This document shows, piece after piece, positions 33,637-43,103 of a stretch of 64,000 nt of DNA. A model generated the notes under the pieces. It ran no database searches, was not told the origin of the DNA, and saw only the letters and a program-made list of their open reading frames with translations. The DNA comes from Alphaproteobacteria bacterium (GTDB lineage Bacteria > Pseudomonadota > Alphaproteobacteria > Bin95), in assembly GCA_965205265.1 (NCBI GenBank), contig CBDBGH010000003.1, forward strand, positions 4,544,001 through 4,608,000, written 5' to 3'. The number at the start of each line of letters is the position of its first letter. Position 1 is the first letter of the stretch. Both the position numbers and the translations under genes were made by a program.

Positions 33637-34671
33637 ATGAGAACCAAATCGACAATCGCCGCGGCCGCAGTGCTGTTCGCCGGTCTCGGCGCGTCCAGCG
33701 TGCCTGCGAGCGCAGCAGAGCAGTGGAGCATGGCCACGCCGTGGGGCGGCGGGCCGCTGCTCGAATACACCGCCAAGGGCATTGCCCAGGAGATCGAGTT
33801 CCTCACAAACGGTGAGATCAAGGTCGAGGTGTTCCCGGGCGGCACGCTCGGCAAGGCGCTCAAAGTGACCGACACCGTGCGCAAGGGCGTCGCGGAAATC
33901 AGCCACAACTGGGCCGGTTACGACTGGGGCGTCGACCGGACGGGCGTGCTGTTCGGCGGCTTCGCCGGCACCATGGAACACGAGAAGATGGTCCACTGGA
34001 TGTTCCGCGGCGGCGGCGCCGACCTGCTGATGGAGTGGCGCCTGGCGAAGTTCGACGTGGCCTCCGTTCCTTGCGGTTCCGCGCCTCCGGAAGTGTTCAT
34101 GCACAGCCACAAGCGCGTTTCCTCGCTGGCCGACTACGAGGGCATGAAGGTACGCACGTCCGGCGCCTGGGCCGAGATCGCGCAAACGCTCGGCGCGTCC
34201 ACGGTCATCCTGCCCGGCGCCGAGGTCTATCCGGCGCTCGAGCGCAAGGTGGTGGACGGCATCGAGTGGGGCACACCGTGGATGAACGAGTCGGCCGGCT
34301 ATGAGAAGATCGCCAAATACATCGTCGTGCCCGGCATCCATCAGCCGACCGCGTTCCACGAGTGCCAGATCAACAAGGCCGTCTGGGACAAGCTCTCCGA
34401 CCGCAACAAGACGCTGCTTCGCCGTGCGGGCGAGCGCATGACGTTCAACTTCTGGATGGAAATCGGCCATCAGGACGCGCCGGCCTTCCAGAACTTCCTG
34501 AAGGGCGGCAACGAGGTCGTGGATCTCGATGCGGACTTCATCGCCAAGGCCAAGACCGCCACGGACGAGTGGGCTGCCAAGCAGGCCGGCGAGAACGAGT
34601 GGTTCGCGCGCGTCTGGAAGAGCCAGCAGGACTACGCCGCGACGTGGTCCGAGGCGCACCGCTACCGCTAG
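33637..34671 (+). CDS. dctP: TRAP transporter substrate-binding protein
   Basis: Signal peptide; TNGEIKVEVFPGG, GMKVRT, EVYPALERKVVD. Confidence 0.9.
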   Translation: MRTKSTIAAAAVLFAGLGASSVPASAAEQWSMATPWGGGPLLEYTAKGIAQEIEFLTNGEIKVEVFPGGTLGKALKVTDTVRKGVAEISHNWAGYDWGVDRTGVLFGGFAGTMEHEKMVHWMFRGGGADLLMEWRLAKFDVASVPCGSAPPEVFMHSHKRVSSLADYEGMKVRTSGAWAEIAQTLGASTVILPGAEVYPALERKVVDGIEWGTPWMNESAGYEKIAKYIVVPGIHQPTAFHECQINKAVWDKLSDRNKTLLRRAGERMTFNFWMEIGHQDAPAFQNFLKGGNEVVDLDADFIAKAKTATDEWAAKQAGENEWFARVWKSQQDYAATWSEAHRYR

Positions 34672-34681
34672 CGGCGGCCAG

Positions 34682-34715
34682 CCGGGCGGGCCATGAGGCC
34701 CGCCCGGTTCCTTTT
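34682..34715 (+). terminator. Intrinsic terminator/attenuator after dctP
   Basis: CCGGGCGGGCC-ATGA-GGCCCGCCCGG followed by TTCCTTTT. Confidence 0.7.
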
Positions 34716-34784
34716 GCGGTGTCCCCGGCCGTCGCGGCCGGGGCTTCACGCCCGGTTTGCCTCAGCGATGAGGAGTGACACGGC

Positions 34785-35321
34785 ATGGTTGCCCTCATCA
34801 GGGGAATAGAGCGCCTCTCCCAGTCCCTTGGCGTGGTCGGCGGCTGGGTCATGGCGCCGCTCATCTTGTCCATGGTCTATGAGGTGCTGGCGCGCCACCT
34901 GTTCGACGCGCCGACCTTCTGGGCCTATGAGGTAGGCTACATGCTCGCCGGCACCTGCTACCTGTGCGGCATGGCGTATTGCATGAAGGAGCGCGGCCAC
35001 ATCCGCGTCGACTTCATCTACGACAATATCGGGCCGAAGGGCCGGGCGGCGGTGGATGTCTGCGGCTTCGTGTTCCTGATGTTGCCGGGCGCGATCTGGG
35101 TCACCTTCGGACTCTACGAATATGCCCGGGAGGCATTCGAGAGCGGTGAGGTTTCCGGTGAATCCGCCTGGAACCCTGTGATCTGGCCGTTCAGGACGGT
35201 CTGGGCGGTGGCCTTCACGGTGCTCTGCCTGCAGGCGTTCGCCGAGCTTCTCAGGTCGGCGCGCGTGCTGCTGGGCCTGGCCGAGGAGGAAGGCTTCGAG
35301 CCGCATGGAGCCGAGCTGTGA
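34785..35321 (+). CDS. dctQ: TRAP transporter small permease
   Basis: YEVLARHLFDAPT, HIRVD, 4 TM. Confidence 0.9.
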   Translation: MVALIRGIERLSQSLGVVGGWVMAPLILSMVYEVLARHLFDAPTFWAYEVGYMLAGTCYLCGMAYCMKERGHIRVDFIYDNIGPKGRAAVDVCGFVFLMLPGAIWVTFGLYEYAREAFESGEVSGESAWNPVIWPFRTVWAVAFTVLCLQAFAELLRSARVLLGLAEEEGFEPHGAEL

Positions 35322-36640
35322 CCCTCGGCATCGGCCTCATGATGTTCCCCGCCCTGATGGTGGCCATCTTCATGGGCTTCCCCGTGGCGTGGTCGCTGAT
35401 GGGAATCGCCCTCATCTTCGGCTACTACCGCTTCGGCGACGCGCTCGTCTATCAGCTCGTGGCGAAGGTGGACGACGTCGCCTCCTACTACGTGCTCGCC
35501 GCCGTGCCGCTGTTCGTCTTCATGGGCGTGATGCTGGAGCGCTCCGGCATCGCCGAGCGCCTGTTCGAGGCCATTCACCTGTGGACCCGCCGGCTGCCGG
35601 GCGGCCTGGCGGTCGGCACCGTGCTGCTGTGCGTGGTATTCGCCGCGGCGAGCGGCGTTGTGGGGGCGACCGAGTCGGTGGTCGGGCTGCTCGCCATCCC
35701 GATCATGCTGCGCTACGCCTACAACAAGGGCCTCATTTCCGGCACCATCTGCGCGGGCGGCTCGCTCGGCACCATCATCCCGCCGTCGGTGGTAGTGGTC
35801 ATCCTCGGCCCGGTGGCCGACGTGTCGGTAGGCGACCTGTTCGTCGGCATGCTGTTCCCGGGACTGCTGCTCGCGCTGTCCTACGTGCTCTACATTCTGG
35901 TGCGGTGCATGCTGAAGCCCGAGGACGGACCGCGCCTGCCGCCGAGCGACGACGACCCGCCCCTGGCTCAGCGCATCTACATAACGGCGACGGCCATGAT
36001 GCCGCCGCTGGTGCTCATCTTCGCCGTGCTCGGCACGATCATGCTCGGCTGGGCGACGCCTACCGAGGCGGCGGCGATGGGCGCCATCGGCACCGTCATC
36101 CTGACCGTCGTATATGGCCGGTTCAACGTCGCCACCCTGCACGCCGCGTTCATGAAGACGCTCCAGGTGACGGCCATGATCCTGACCATTCTGCTCGGCG
36201 GGACCATGTTCGCCGGCGTGTTCGTCGCGCTCGGCGGGATCAGCGCCGTGGAAGGGCTGCTGGCGGCGGCGAACCTCTCCGCGACCGCGACCATCTTCAT
36301 CCTGCTGTTCATCGCCTTCATCGCCGGCTTCGTGCTCGACCTGATCTCCATCGTGCTGATCATCATCCCGGTGGCGGTCGCGGTGCTGCGCAAGATGGGC
36401 GTCGATGACGTGTGGTTCTGCATCATGTTCCTGATCGTCATCCAGACCAGCTACCTGACGCCGCCGATGGCGCCTGCCATCTTCTACCTGCGCGGCATCA
36501 GCCCGCCGGAGATCAAGCTCGCAGACATGTATCGCGGCGTGATCCCGTTCATTGTCCTGGAACTGGTGGTGCTGGCGCTGGTGTACTGGTTCCCGGGCCT
36601 GGCGCTGTGGCTGCCGAGCGTGGTGTTCAAGACGTTCTAG
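35318..36640 (+). CDS. dctM: TRAP transporter large permease
   Basis: AVPLFVFMG, GSLGTIIPPS, ATPTEAA, LTPP. Confidence 0.92.
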   Translation: MTLGIGLMMFPALMVAIFMGFPVAWSLMGIALIFGYYRFGDALVYQLVAKVDDVASYYVLAAVPLFVFMGVMLERSGIAERLFEAIHLWTRRLPGGLAVGTVLLCVVFAAASGVVGATESVVGLLAIPIMLRYAYNKGLISGTICAGGSLGTIIPPSVVVVILGPVADVSVGDLFVGMLFPGLLLALSYVLYILVRCMLKPEDGPRLPPSDDDPPLAQRIYITATAMMPPLVLIFAVLGTIMLGWATPTEAAAMGAIGTVILTVVYGRFNVATLHAAFMKTLQVTAMILTILLGGTMFAGVFVALGGISAVEGLLAAANLSATATIFILLFIAFIAGFVLDLISIVLIIIPVAVAVLRKMGVDDVWFCIMFLIVIQTSYLTPPMAPAIFYLRGISPPEIKLADMYRGVIPFIVLELVVLALVYWFPGLALWLPSVVFKTF

Positions 36641-36692
36641 CCGCGGTGCGATGGTGGTGGAGTGCCGATCGATCTCTGAGGTTGGGTAATTC

Positions 36693-37508
36693 ATGGCCGG
36701 AGCTCATTCCACCGGATCGTCGGGCAGGAATGCGCCGCTATCGGGCGGCGGCGTCGATATCCGCTTCGACGCCGGCGGCAGCGGGGCGCCGGTGCTGGTC
36801 ATGCTGCACGGCATCGGCGGCAATGCGGCGGTGTGGAGCCGGATGCTGCCGGTTGTGGAGCGGCGCTGGCCGGGACGCTGGGTCGCCGTCGATCTGCGCG
36901 GCCACGGGCGCTCGGCCCACGCGCCGCCTTACGGCTACGGCGTCTTCGCCGCCGACCTGGCAGGCGCGATCGGCGACCCGGAGGACGAACCGGTCCTGCT
37001 CGGCCATTCGATGGGCGGCGTCGTGGCGATGGCGCTGGCGACCGGGTGGTTCGGCGTCAAGGTGCGCCATGTCTTCGCCTTCGGCGTCAAGATCGGCTGG
37101 ACGGCGGACGAGGTCGCGCGGATGAAGGCGCTGGCCGCCAGGCCGGCACGCGTCTTCGACAACCGCGCGGAAGCGGCCGAGCGCTATCTCAGGGTCTCGG
37201 GCCTCGCCGGCCTTGTGGACCCCGCCGCGCCGGAGGCTCTGGCCGGCATCGTCGAGGCGGAGGGCGGCTTCCGGCTGGCGGCCGACCAGGGCATCTACGC
37301 CGCCGCCGGGCCTGAGGTCGGCAATCTCTACCGGGCTGCGGCGGCGCCGGTCCGGCTCGCCGCCGGCGAAGCCGACCCGATGGTGTCGCTGGCCGAGATG
37401 CAGGCGCTCGATCCGCAGGCCGCGCTGCTGCCCGGCCTCGGCCACAACTGCCATGTCGAGGCGCCGGAGCGGGTCTGGGAGCAGTTGGAAAGGACCCTGG
37501 AGGGTTGA
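36693..37508 (+). CDS. Alpha/beta hydrolase
   Basis: LHGIGG, DLRGHGRS, GHSMGG, GHNCHVE. Confidence 0.85.
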   Translation: MAGAHSTGSSGRNAPLSGGGVDIRFDAGGSGAPVLVMLHGIGGNAAVWSRMLPVVERRWPGRWVAVDLRGHGRSAHAPPYGYGVFAADLAGAIGDPEDEPVLLGHSMGGVVAMALATGWFGVKVRHVFAFGVKIGWTADEVARMKALAARPARVFDNRAEAAERYLRVSGLAGLVDPAAPEALAGIVEAEGGFRLAADQGIYAAAGPEVGNLYRAAAAPVRLAAGEADPMVSLAEMQALDPQAALLPGLGHNCHVEAPERVWEQLERTLEG

Positions 37509-37516
37509 AGGCGAGG

Positions 37517-38830
37517 ATGAAGCGCCAACTCCACCTGAACCTGTTCATCTATGCCCGCGGGCACCATGAGGCGGCCTGGCGGCACCCCAGGGCTCCCCGG
37601 CGCGAATTGCTGGACATAGACCATATCGTCGAATGCGCGCGGAAGGCCGAGGCGGCGCACATGGACTCGATCTTCCTCGCCGATACGCTGGGGCTGGCGC
37701 CCGACTCGGACCGCACGGCGCGCATGTATCTGGACCCGTTCACCACGCTGGCGGCAACCGCCATGGCGACCAGCCGTATCGGGCTCATCGGCACGGCTTC
37801 GACGACGCATTCCGAGCCCTTCAATATCGCGCGCATGTTCGCCTCGCTAGACCATATCAGCCGGGGGCGGGCAGGCTGGAACATCGTGACGTCGTTCAGC
37901 ATCGCCGGGGCCAACAATTTCGACAGCAGGGGCCGGCGCTCCCATGCCGACCGGTACGAGCGCGCGGACGAGTTCGTGGAGGTCGCCAAGAAACTCTGGG
38001 ACAGCTGGGCGGACGACGCCATCCTGGACGACCGCGAGGCCGGCTACTACTACCGCCGCGAACGGGTCAGGCCCATCGACCACCACGGCCCCCACTACGA
38101 TGTGGCGGGACCCCTGAACATTCCGCGCGGCCCCCAGGGGTGGCCGGTGCTCGTCCAGGCCGGGTCGTCGGACACCGGCAAGAGCTTCGCGGCAAGGCAT
38201 GCCGAGGCGGTTTTCACCGCCCACATGACCAAGGCGACCGCGCAGGAGTTCTACAAGGACCTGAAGGCGCGAACGGTGGCCGGCGGACGGCCCGCGGACC
38301 AGTGCCTGGTCCTGCCCGGCATCAGCATGGTCATAGCCGGCACGGAGGCCGAGGCCAGGCGAATGGAACGGGAGCTCAACGAGATGGCGGATGTCGAGTC
38401 GAGCCTCTCCCGCCTCTCCCAGCGTTTCGACGGCCATGACTTTTCGCATATCCCACTCGACCGCGTGCTCACCGCCGGCGATTTCCCCGACCCGGCCGAG
38501 AACCAGAGTTCGCGCGGCCGCACGGAGTTGATTGTCGGCGCCGTCATGCGGGAGAATCTGACCATGCGGCAGCTGCTGGGGAAGCTGGCCGGCGCACGCG
38601 GGCACTTCGTCATGGCCGGAACGCCCGAACAGGTCGCCGACACCATCGAAGAGTGGATCGACGACGGCGCGGCCGACGGTTTCAACGTCATGCCGCTGCT
38701 TCTCCCGCATATGCTGGATGCGTTCGCCGACGAGGTGGTGCCGATCCTCAAGCGCCGCGGGCGCTTCCGCACGGCGTATGCTGGCGCGACGCTGCGCGAC
38801 CATTACGGTCTGCAGCGGCCGGCGGCGTAA
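37517..38830 (+). CDS. LLM-class flavin-dependent monooxygenase (NtaA/DszA/SnaA family)
   Basis: GHHEAAWRHP, FASLDHISRGRAGWNIVTS, QAGSS, TLRDHYGL. Confidence 0.9.
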   Translation: MKRQLHLNLFIYARGHHEAAWRHPRAPRRELLDIDHIVECARKAEAAHMDSIFLADTLGLAPDSDRTARMYLDPFTTLAATAMATSRIGLIGTASTTHSEPFNIARMFASLDHISRGRAGWNIVTSFSIAGANNFDSRGRRSHADRYERADEFVEVAKKLWDSWADDAILDDREAGYYYRRERVRPIDHHGPHYDVAGPLNIPRGPQGWPVLVQAGSSDTGKSFAARHAEAVFTAHMTKATAQEFYKDLKARTVAGGRPADQCLVLPGISMVIAGTEAEARRMERELNEMADVESSLSRLSQRFDGHDFSHIPLDRVLTAGDFPDPAENQSSRGRTELIVGAVMRENLTMRQLLGKLAGARGHFVMAGTPEQVADTIEEWIDDGAADGFNVMPLLLPHMLDAFADEVVPILKRRGRFRTAYAGATLRDHYGLQRPAA

Positions 38831-38865
38831 CGCCCCGGCCCGATTTCCAGAAAGGAACACGAGAC

Positions 38866-40170
38866 ATGGCGGACGGCAGGCGGGCGAATGGCGGGGCCGC
38901 ACGGCACATCGACGAGGCCGTGCGCGCGATGACGCTGAACTACGGGGACGCCAGCGGCTGTCTGGCCGAGGCGCGCGAAGCCGATCCCGGCTGCGCGATG
39001 GCGGACCTCCTCGAAGCCTGGCTCCTGGCGCTGACCAAGGACGGAGCCCAGCTGGCGCGCGCGCGGGAGCTGCTCCCCGGCGTCGCCGGGGCCGGACTGA
39101 CGGAGCGCGAAGCGCGGCATCTGGCGGCGCTGCGCTTTGCTGCGAACGGCCGATGGGCGTCGGCGGTCGCCGTGCTCGACCGCCATCTGATGGACGACCC
39201 GCACGATCTGGCCGGCCATCAATGCGCGCTGCGCCTCGACGGCTATCTCGGCCGCTTCCATCGCGAGGCCGCCCGCGCCGCCCGCGCCTTGCCGTTCTGG
39301 TCGAAGGACGAGCCCGGCTACGGCATCATGCTGTCGTTCTACGGTTTCGGCCTGGAGGAGCTGGGAGATTTCGCCCGCGCGGAGGACGTCGCCCGCACCG
39401 CAGCGGAACTGGAGCCCTACGGCTACTGGCCGCACCACACCGTCTCCCACGTGCTGGAGATGACCGGCCGGCCGGAAGAGGGCATCGCCTGGATGGACGG
39501 CCGCCTGCCCTACTGGTCGGACCCGAAATGCAACAACCGGGTCCATATCTGGTGGCACAAGGCGCTGTACCACATCGAACTCGGCGAGTTCGAGGAGGCG
39601 CTTGCGCTCTATGACGACGAAATCCTGCCTGCGATGCGCGTGGCCGGCACACAGCTTTGCAATGCCGCGTCGCTGCTCTGGCGGCTCGAGACGCTCGGTT
39701 GCGAGGCGGGCGAACGCTGGAGCCGGCTGCTCCCGCTCTGGCAGGGGCTGCTCCCCGGCATGACGAGCCCGTTCAACGAGGTCCATGCCGCGATGACCGC
39801 GCTGCGCGCCGGCGACAGGGCCGCCTACGAAACGGTGCTGGACGGCATGAAGCGAACGGCTGCCGCGAACGGCGAACTCGCGCCCGCCTATCGGAACATT
39901 TCCATCCCCGCCGCCGAGGCCATGGCGTGCTTCACCGACGGCGACTATGCCGGCGCCGTCGATGGCCTGCTCACGGCCGAAACCCATCTCTGGCGCATGG
40001 GCGGCAGCGTTGCGCAGCGCGACCTTGTGGCGTGGACGCTCGCCGCAGCCGCCATCCGCACAGGCCGGCGCAATGTTGCGCTGTCGCTCGCCAACGAACG
40101 GCTGGCGCTCAGGCCCGGGAGCGCCGTGAACCGGCGCTTCCTGCAGGAGGCCCAAGCCATCGCGGCCTGA
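38866..40170 (+). CDS. TPR protein, TTC38-like
   Basis: FGLEELG, HTVSHVLEM, HIWWHKAL, MGGSVAQRD; AAAGGA RBS. Confidence 0.75.
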   Translation: MADGRRANGGAARHIDEAVRAMTLNYGDASGCLAEAREADPGCAMADLLEAWLLALTKDGAQLARARELLPGVAGAGLTEREARHLAALRFAANGRWASAVAVLDRHLMDDPHDLAGHQCALRLDGYLGRFHREAARAARALPFWSKDEPGYGIMLSFYGFGLEELGDFARAEDVARTAAELEPYGYWPHHTVSHVLEMTGRPEEGIAWMDGRLPYWSDPKCNNRVHIWWHKALYHIELGEFEEALALYDDEILPAMRVAGTQLCNAASLLWRLETLGCEAGERWSRLLPLWQGLLPGMTSPFNEVHAAMTALRAGDRAAYETVLDGMKRTAAANGELAPAYRNISIPAAEAMACFTDGDYAGAVDGLLTAETHLWRMGGSVAQRDLVAWTLAAAAIRTGRRNVALSLANERLALRPGSAVNRRFLQEAQAIAA

Positions 40171-40250
40171 CGCTCACGGATGCAAACCGCGACCGGCGGG
40201 GGGCAATATTCCCGGCGCCGGGCAGGGATGACGGCGCCCGGCGGCAGCTA

Positions 40251-41302
40251 GAGCAGATTCGTTTCATTTGGGTTCATATCCGCATGCAGTGAAGAAGCTT
40301 CGGGCGTCCTGTGGAGTGACAGCATCGATGGCGTCGCGGATCGCATCCCAGAGCGTATGGACGGAGCGTGCTGCGGCCTTTTTCAGGAGAGCCTTGATTT
40401 TGGAGAAGGCCATCTCGATGGGGTTGAAGTCGGGGCTGTAGGGCGGCAGGAACAGGATGCCGGCGCCTGTGGCCTCGATAGCTTCTCGGATGGCGATGGG
40501 CTTGTGGGCCGGCAGATTGTCGAGGATGACGGTGTCGCCTGGCCTCAGGGTCGGGGCCAGGACCTGTTCGACATAGGCAAGGAAGGCTGCCCCGGTCATC
40601 GCCCCATCGATGGTCATGGGGGCGAGGATGCCGTCGAGCGTGAGGCCGGCGACCAAAGTGGTGGTCTTCCAGTGACCATGGGGGACGGGAGCGCGGCAAC
40701 GCTCGCCCCTGGGAGCCCGGCCATACATGCGGGCCATCTTGGTCGAGGTCCCGCTTTCGTCGATGAAGATCAGGCGCTCGGGGTCGAGCCCGGGCTGGTC
40801 TTCGAACCAGGCCTGACGCCGGCGTGCGACGTCCGGTCGGTCCTGCTCGGCAGCATGGGCCGTCTTTTTTTGCGCGTGATGCCGCGACGCTTGAAGAACC
40901 CATGCACCACGCTGGGCGGCGGCCGGTAGCCGACCGCCTCCTCAAGCCTGGCCGCGATCTCCTGGAGGGTCAGGTCGGGCTCCACCTCAACCCACCCCAT
41001 GATCAGATCGCCGTGACCCTCAATGCGCCCTGGACGGCTACCGCCGCGTGGCTTCGGCGAGAGGTCGCCTGTCAGGCGCGATTGGCTCACCCAGCGGATC
41101 GCAGACGACACCCCGACGCCAAAACGCGCCGCAGCCTGCCGACGCGACATCCCGGACTCAACCGCTGCAACCACGCGCCGACGAAGATCAACAGAAAGAG
41201 ACTGCGCCATGCGAGCTGGCCTCCTTCACCAGCCCCCATCGTGAATCACATAATCCGCCAATTGGGAATCCCTCAACGATTCAATCGCCCGCGAATTCGC
41301 TC
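40251..41302 (-). mobile_element. IS630 family insertion sequence (~1052 bp)
   Basis: Both ends lie in CTAG with duplicated TA (40249-50, 41303-04); imperfect IRs GAGCAGATTCG / GAGCGAATTCG; transposase inside. Confidence 0.9.
40264..41210 (-). CDS. IS630 transposase, OrfA+OrfB joined by a probable -1 frameshift
   Basis: OrfA HTH ([20 protein letters not shown]); AAAAAAAG at 40871-40864; Orf[25 protein letters not shown]. Confidence 0.9.
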
Positions 41303-42129
41303 TAGTGATAGGGGCGGTCGCCCTTGACGGTCACGCGCACGCCGCTTCTCGTTTCGGGATAGTAGTCCCAGGTCGCATGGTGCTGCGTGCAGCGGTTGTC
41401 CCACATGGCGATCGAGTTCGTCTCCCATCGGAACCGGCACTGGAACTGCGGATTGGCGTTGTGCGCATAGAGGAACTCGAGCAGCGCGTTGCTCTCCGCC
41501 TGCGTCATGCCCACGATGTTCTGCGTGAAGGGCCGGTTCACATAGATCAGCTTGCGGCCGGTTTCGGGGTGGGTGCGGATCACCGGGTGTATCGCGTGCG
41601 GATGTTCCTCCCGGCGCAGGCCGCCGCCGATCTGTTCGTAGCGGTTGATATGCACGTCGGCGGTGTGCAGCGCCTCCAGCGGCTCGAGGACGCTCTTCAT
41701 GGTGTCGGAGAGAGCGTCGTAGGCGGCATACATGTTCGCGAACAGCGTGTCGCCGCCAACCGACGGCACCGTGCTCAGGTGCAGGATGCTCGCCATCGGC
41801 GGCTCTTCGTCGGCGCTCACGTCCGAGTGCCAGTCGGTGCCCTCGGCGAAGGGCGAGGTCGCGTCGGCGTGGATCTTCATGAGCTCCGGCCGGTCGTCCA
41901 CGCATGGCGCGGACGGGTGGATGTGGAGCTCGCCGAAGCGGCTGCCGAACGCCACATGCTGGTCGTGGGTGATGTCCTGATCGCGAAAGAAGAGCACAAG
42001 ATGCTCGAGCAGCCCCCCGTGCAGCGTGCGGAAAGTCTCGTCGTCGAGCGGCTCACGCAAGTCCACGCCATGCACTTCCGCGCCGATATGGCGAGTGAGC
42101 GGCCTGAACTCGATAACGTCGTTCCGCAT
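41302..42129 (-). CDS. TauD/TfdA family dioxygenase (taurine/alkylsulfatase-like)
   Basis: IGAEVHGVDL, WHSD, GGDTLFA, HPVIRTHPETGRK, WDNRCTQH. Confidence 0.92.
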   Translation of the reverse strand: MRNDVIEFRPLTRHIGAEVHGVDLREPLDDETFRTLHGGLLEHLVLFFRDQDITHDQHVAFGSRFGELHIHPSAPCVDDRPELMKIHADATSPFAEGTDWHSDVSADEEPPMASILHLSTVPSVGGDTLFANMYAAYDALSDTMKSVLEPLEALHTADVHINRYEQIGGGLRREEHPHAIHPVIRTHPETGRKLIYVNRPFTQNIVGMTQAESNALLEFLYAHNANPQFQCRFRWETNSIAMWDNRCTQHHATWDYYPETRSGVRVTVKGDRPYH

Positions 42130-42369
42130 TTTCTCCTCCTTTTGCGCACGGACATACCAGTGCCGGCAATCATGCGCAATCCGGCAGGGAGGCGTCAACG
42201 ATTCCATTCGCCCCGCTCGGAGCCGGTTGCGCCGGACGGCTTCGAACGCAGGAGGACGAGAGTCTACCGACCGACAGGCGGACGCAGGGCCGGCAGCACC
42301 ATGCAGGCCATGACCGCGATGAGAAATGCGGGTTAGGGTAGGCGGCGGCTCGGACGGGAGGGCGCGGCG

Positions 42370-43014
42370 ATGAACGAAGAGGGCGGGTTGCACATTGTCC
42401 ACGACGAGATCGTGGCGCCCGGCGCTCCGTGGTCGGCGCGCGTGAGGCGGGACCAGGTGTTGCGCATCGTCGATCTGGAGGGCGCGCAGGGCGTCGATTT
42501 CCTGTGTTACGACGCGGCCGACCCGCAGGAACGCTACTACGCGCCGAACACGATCAAGAAGAGCGGCACGCTTCGCCTGACCGAGGGCCATGCGCTCTAC
42601 TCGGACCGGGGACGGCCGCTTTTCACGATCGTGGCCGATTCCTGCGGCCACCACGATACCATCGCCGGTTGCTGCAGCGCCCCCAGCAACGCCATGCTCT
42701 ACGGCGTGGAAGGAGCGCCGGGTTGCCGGGAGAACTTCCTGGCCGCCCTGGCGGAGCACGGCCTGGGATGGAAAGACATCGTGCCCAATGTCAACTTTTT
42801 CTGCGCCGTGCCGGTCCGCGAAGGAGGCCGTCTGGCGGAGCGGACCTTCGTCAGCAGCCCGTCCAGGCCCGGCGACCATGTCGATCTGAGGGCCGAACGC
42901 GACGTCCTCGCCATCGTCTCCAACTGCCCCCAGGTCAACAATCCGGCCGCCGGGGGCCGACCGACCCCGATCCGCGTACAGATACTCGAATCCGGCGTCG
43001 TTCGGCCCCTGTAG
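42370..43014 (+). CDS. DUF1989 urea carboxylase-associated family protein
   Basis: LRIVDLEGAQGVD, HDTIAGCC, CRENF, SNCPQVNNP. Confidence 0.88.
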   Translation: MNEEGGLHIVHDEIVAPGAPWSARVRRDQVLRIVDLEGAQGVDFLCYDAADPQERYYAPNTIKKSGTLRLTEGHALYSDRGRPLFTIVADSCGHHDTIAGCCSAPSNAMLYGVEGAPGCRENFLAALAEHGLGWKDIVPNVNFFCAVPVREGGRLAERTFVSSPSRPGDHVDLRAERDVLAIVSNCPQVNNPAAGGRPTPIRVQILESGVVRPL

Positions 43015-43103
43015 AATTTCACGGCCATCCAGGCGCCGCAAATCCTGCGTCCGCTATCGTCCGGTGCGGACCGGCCGCAGGGAGCAGGCCGAGGAGATAG
43101 CCC

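Noticed and set aside
42180-42369. Possible guanidine riboswitch before the DUF1989 gene
   Set aside because: GGACG words are present, but I could not build paired ACGR hairpins or the class I/III folds.
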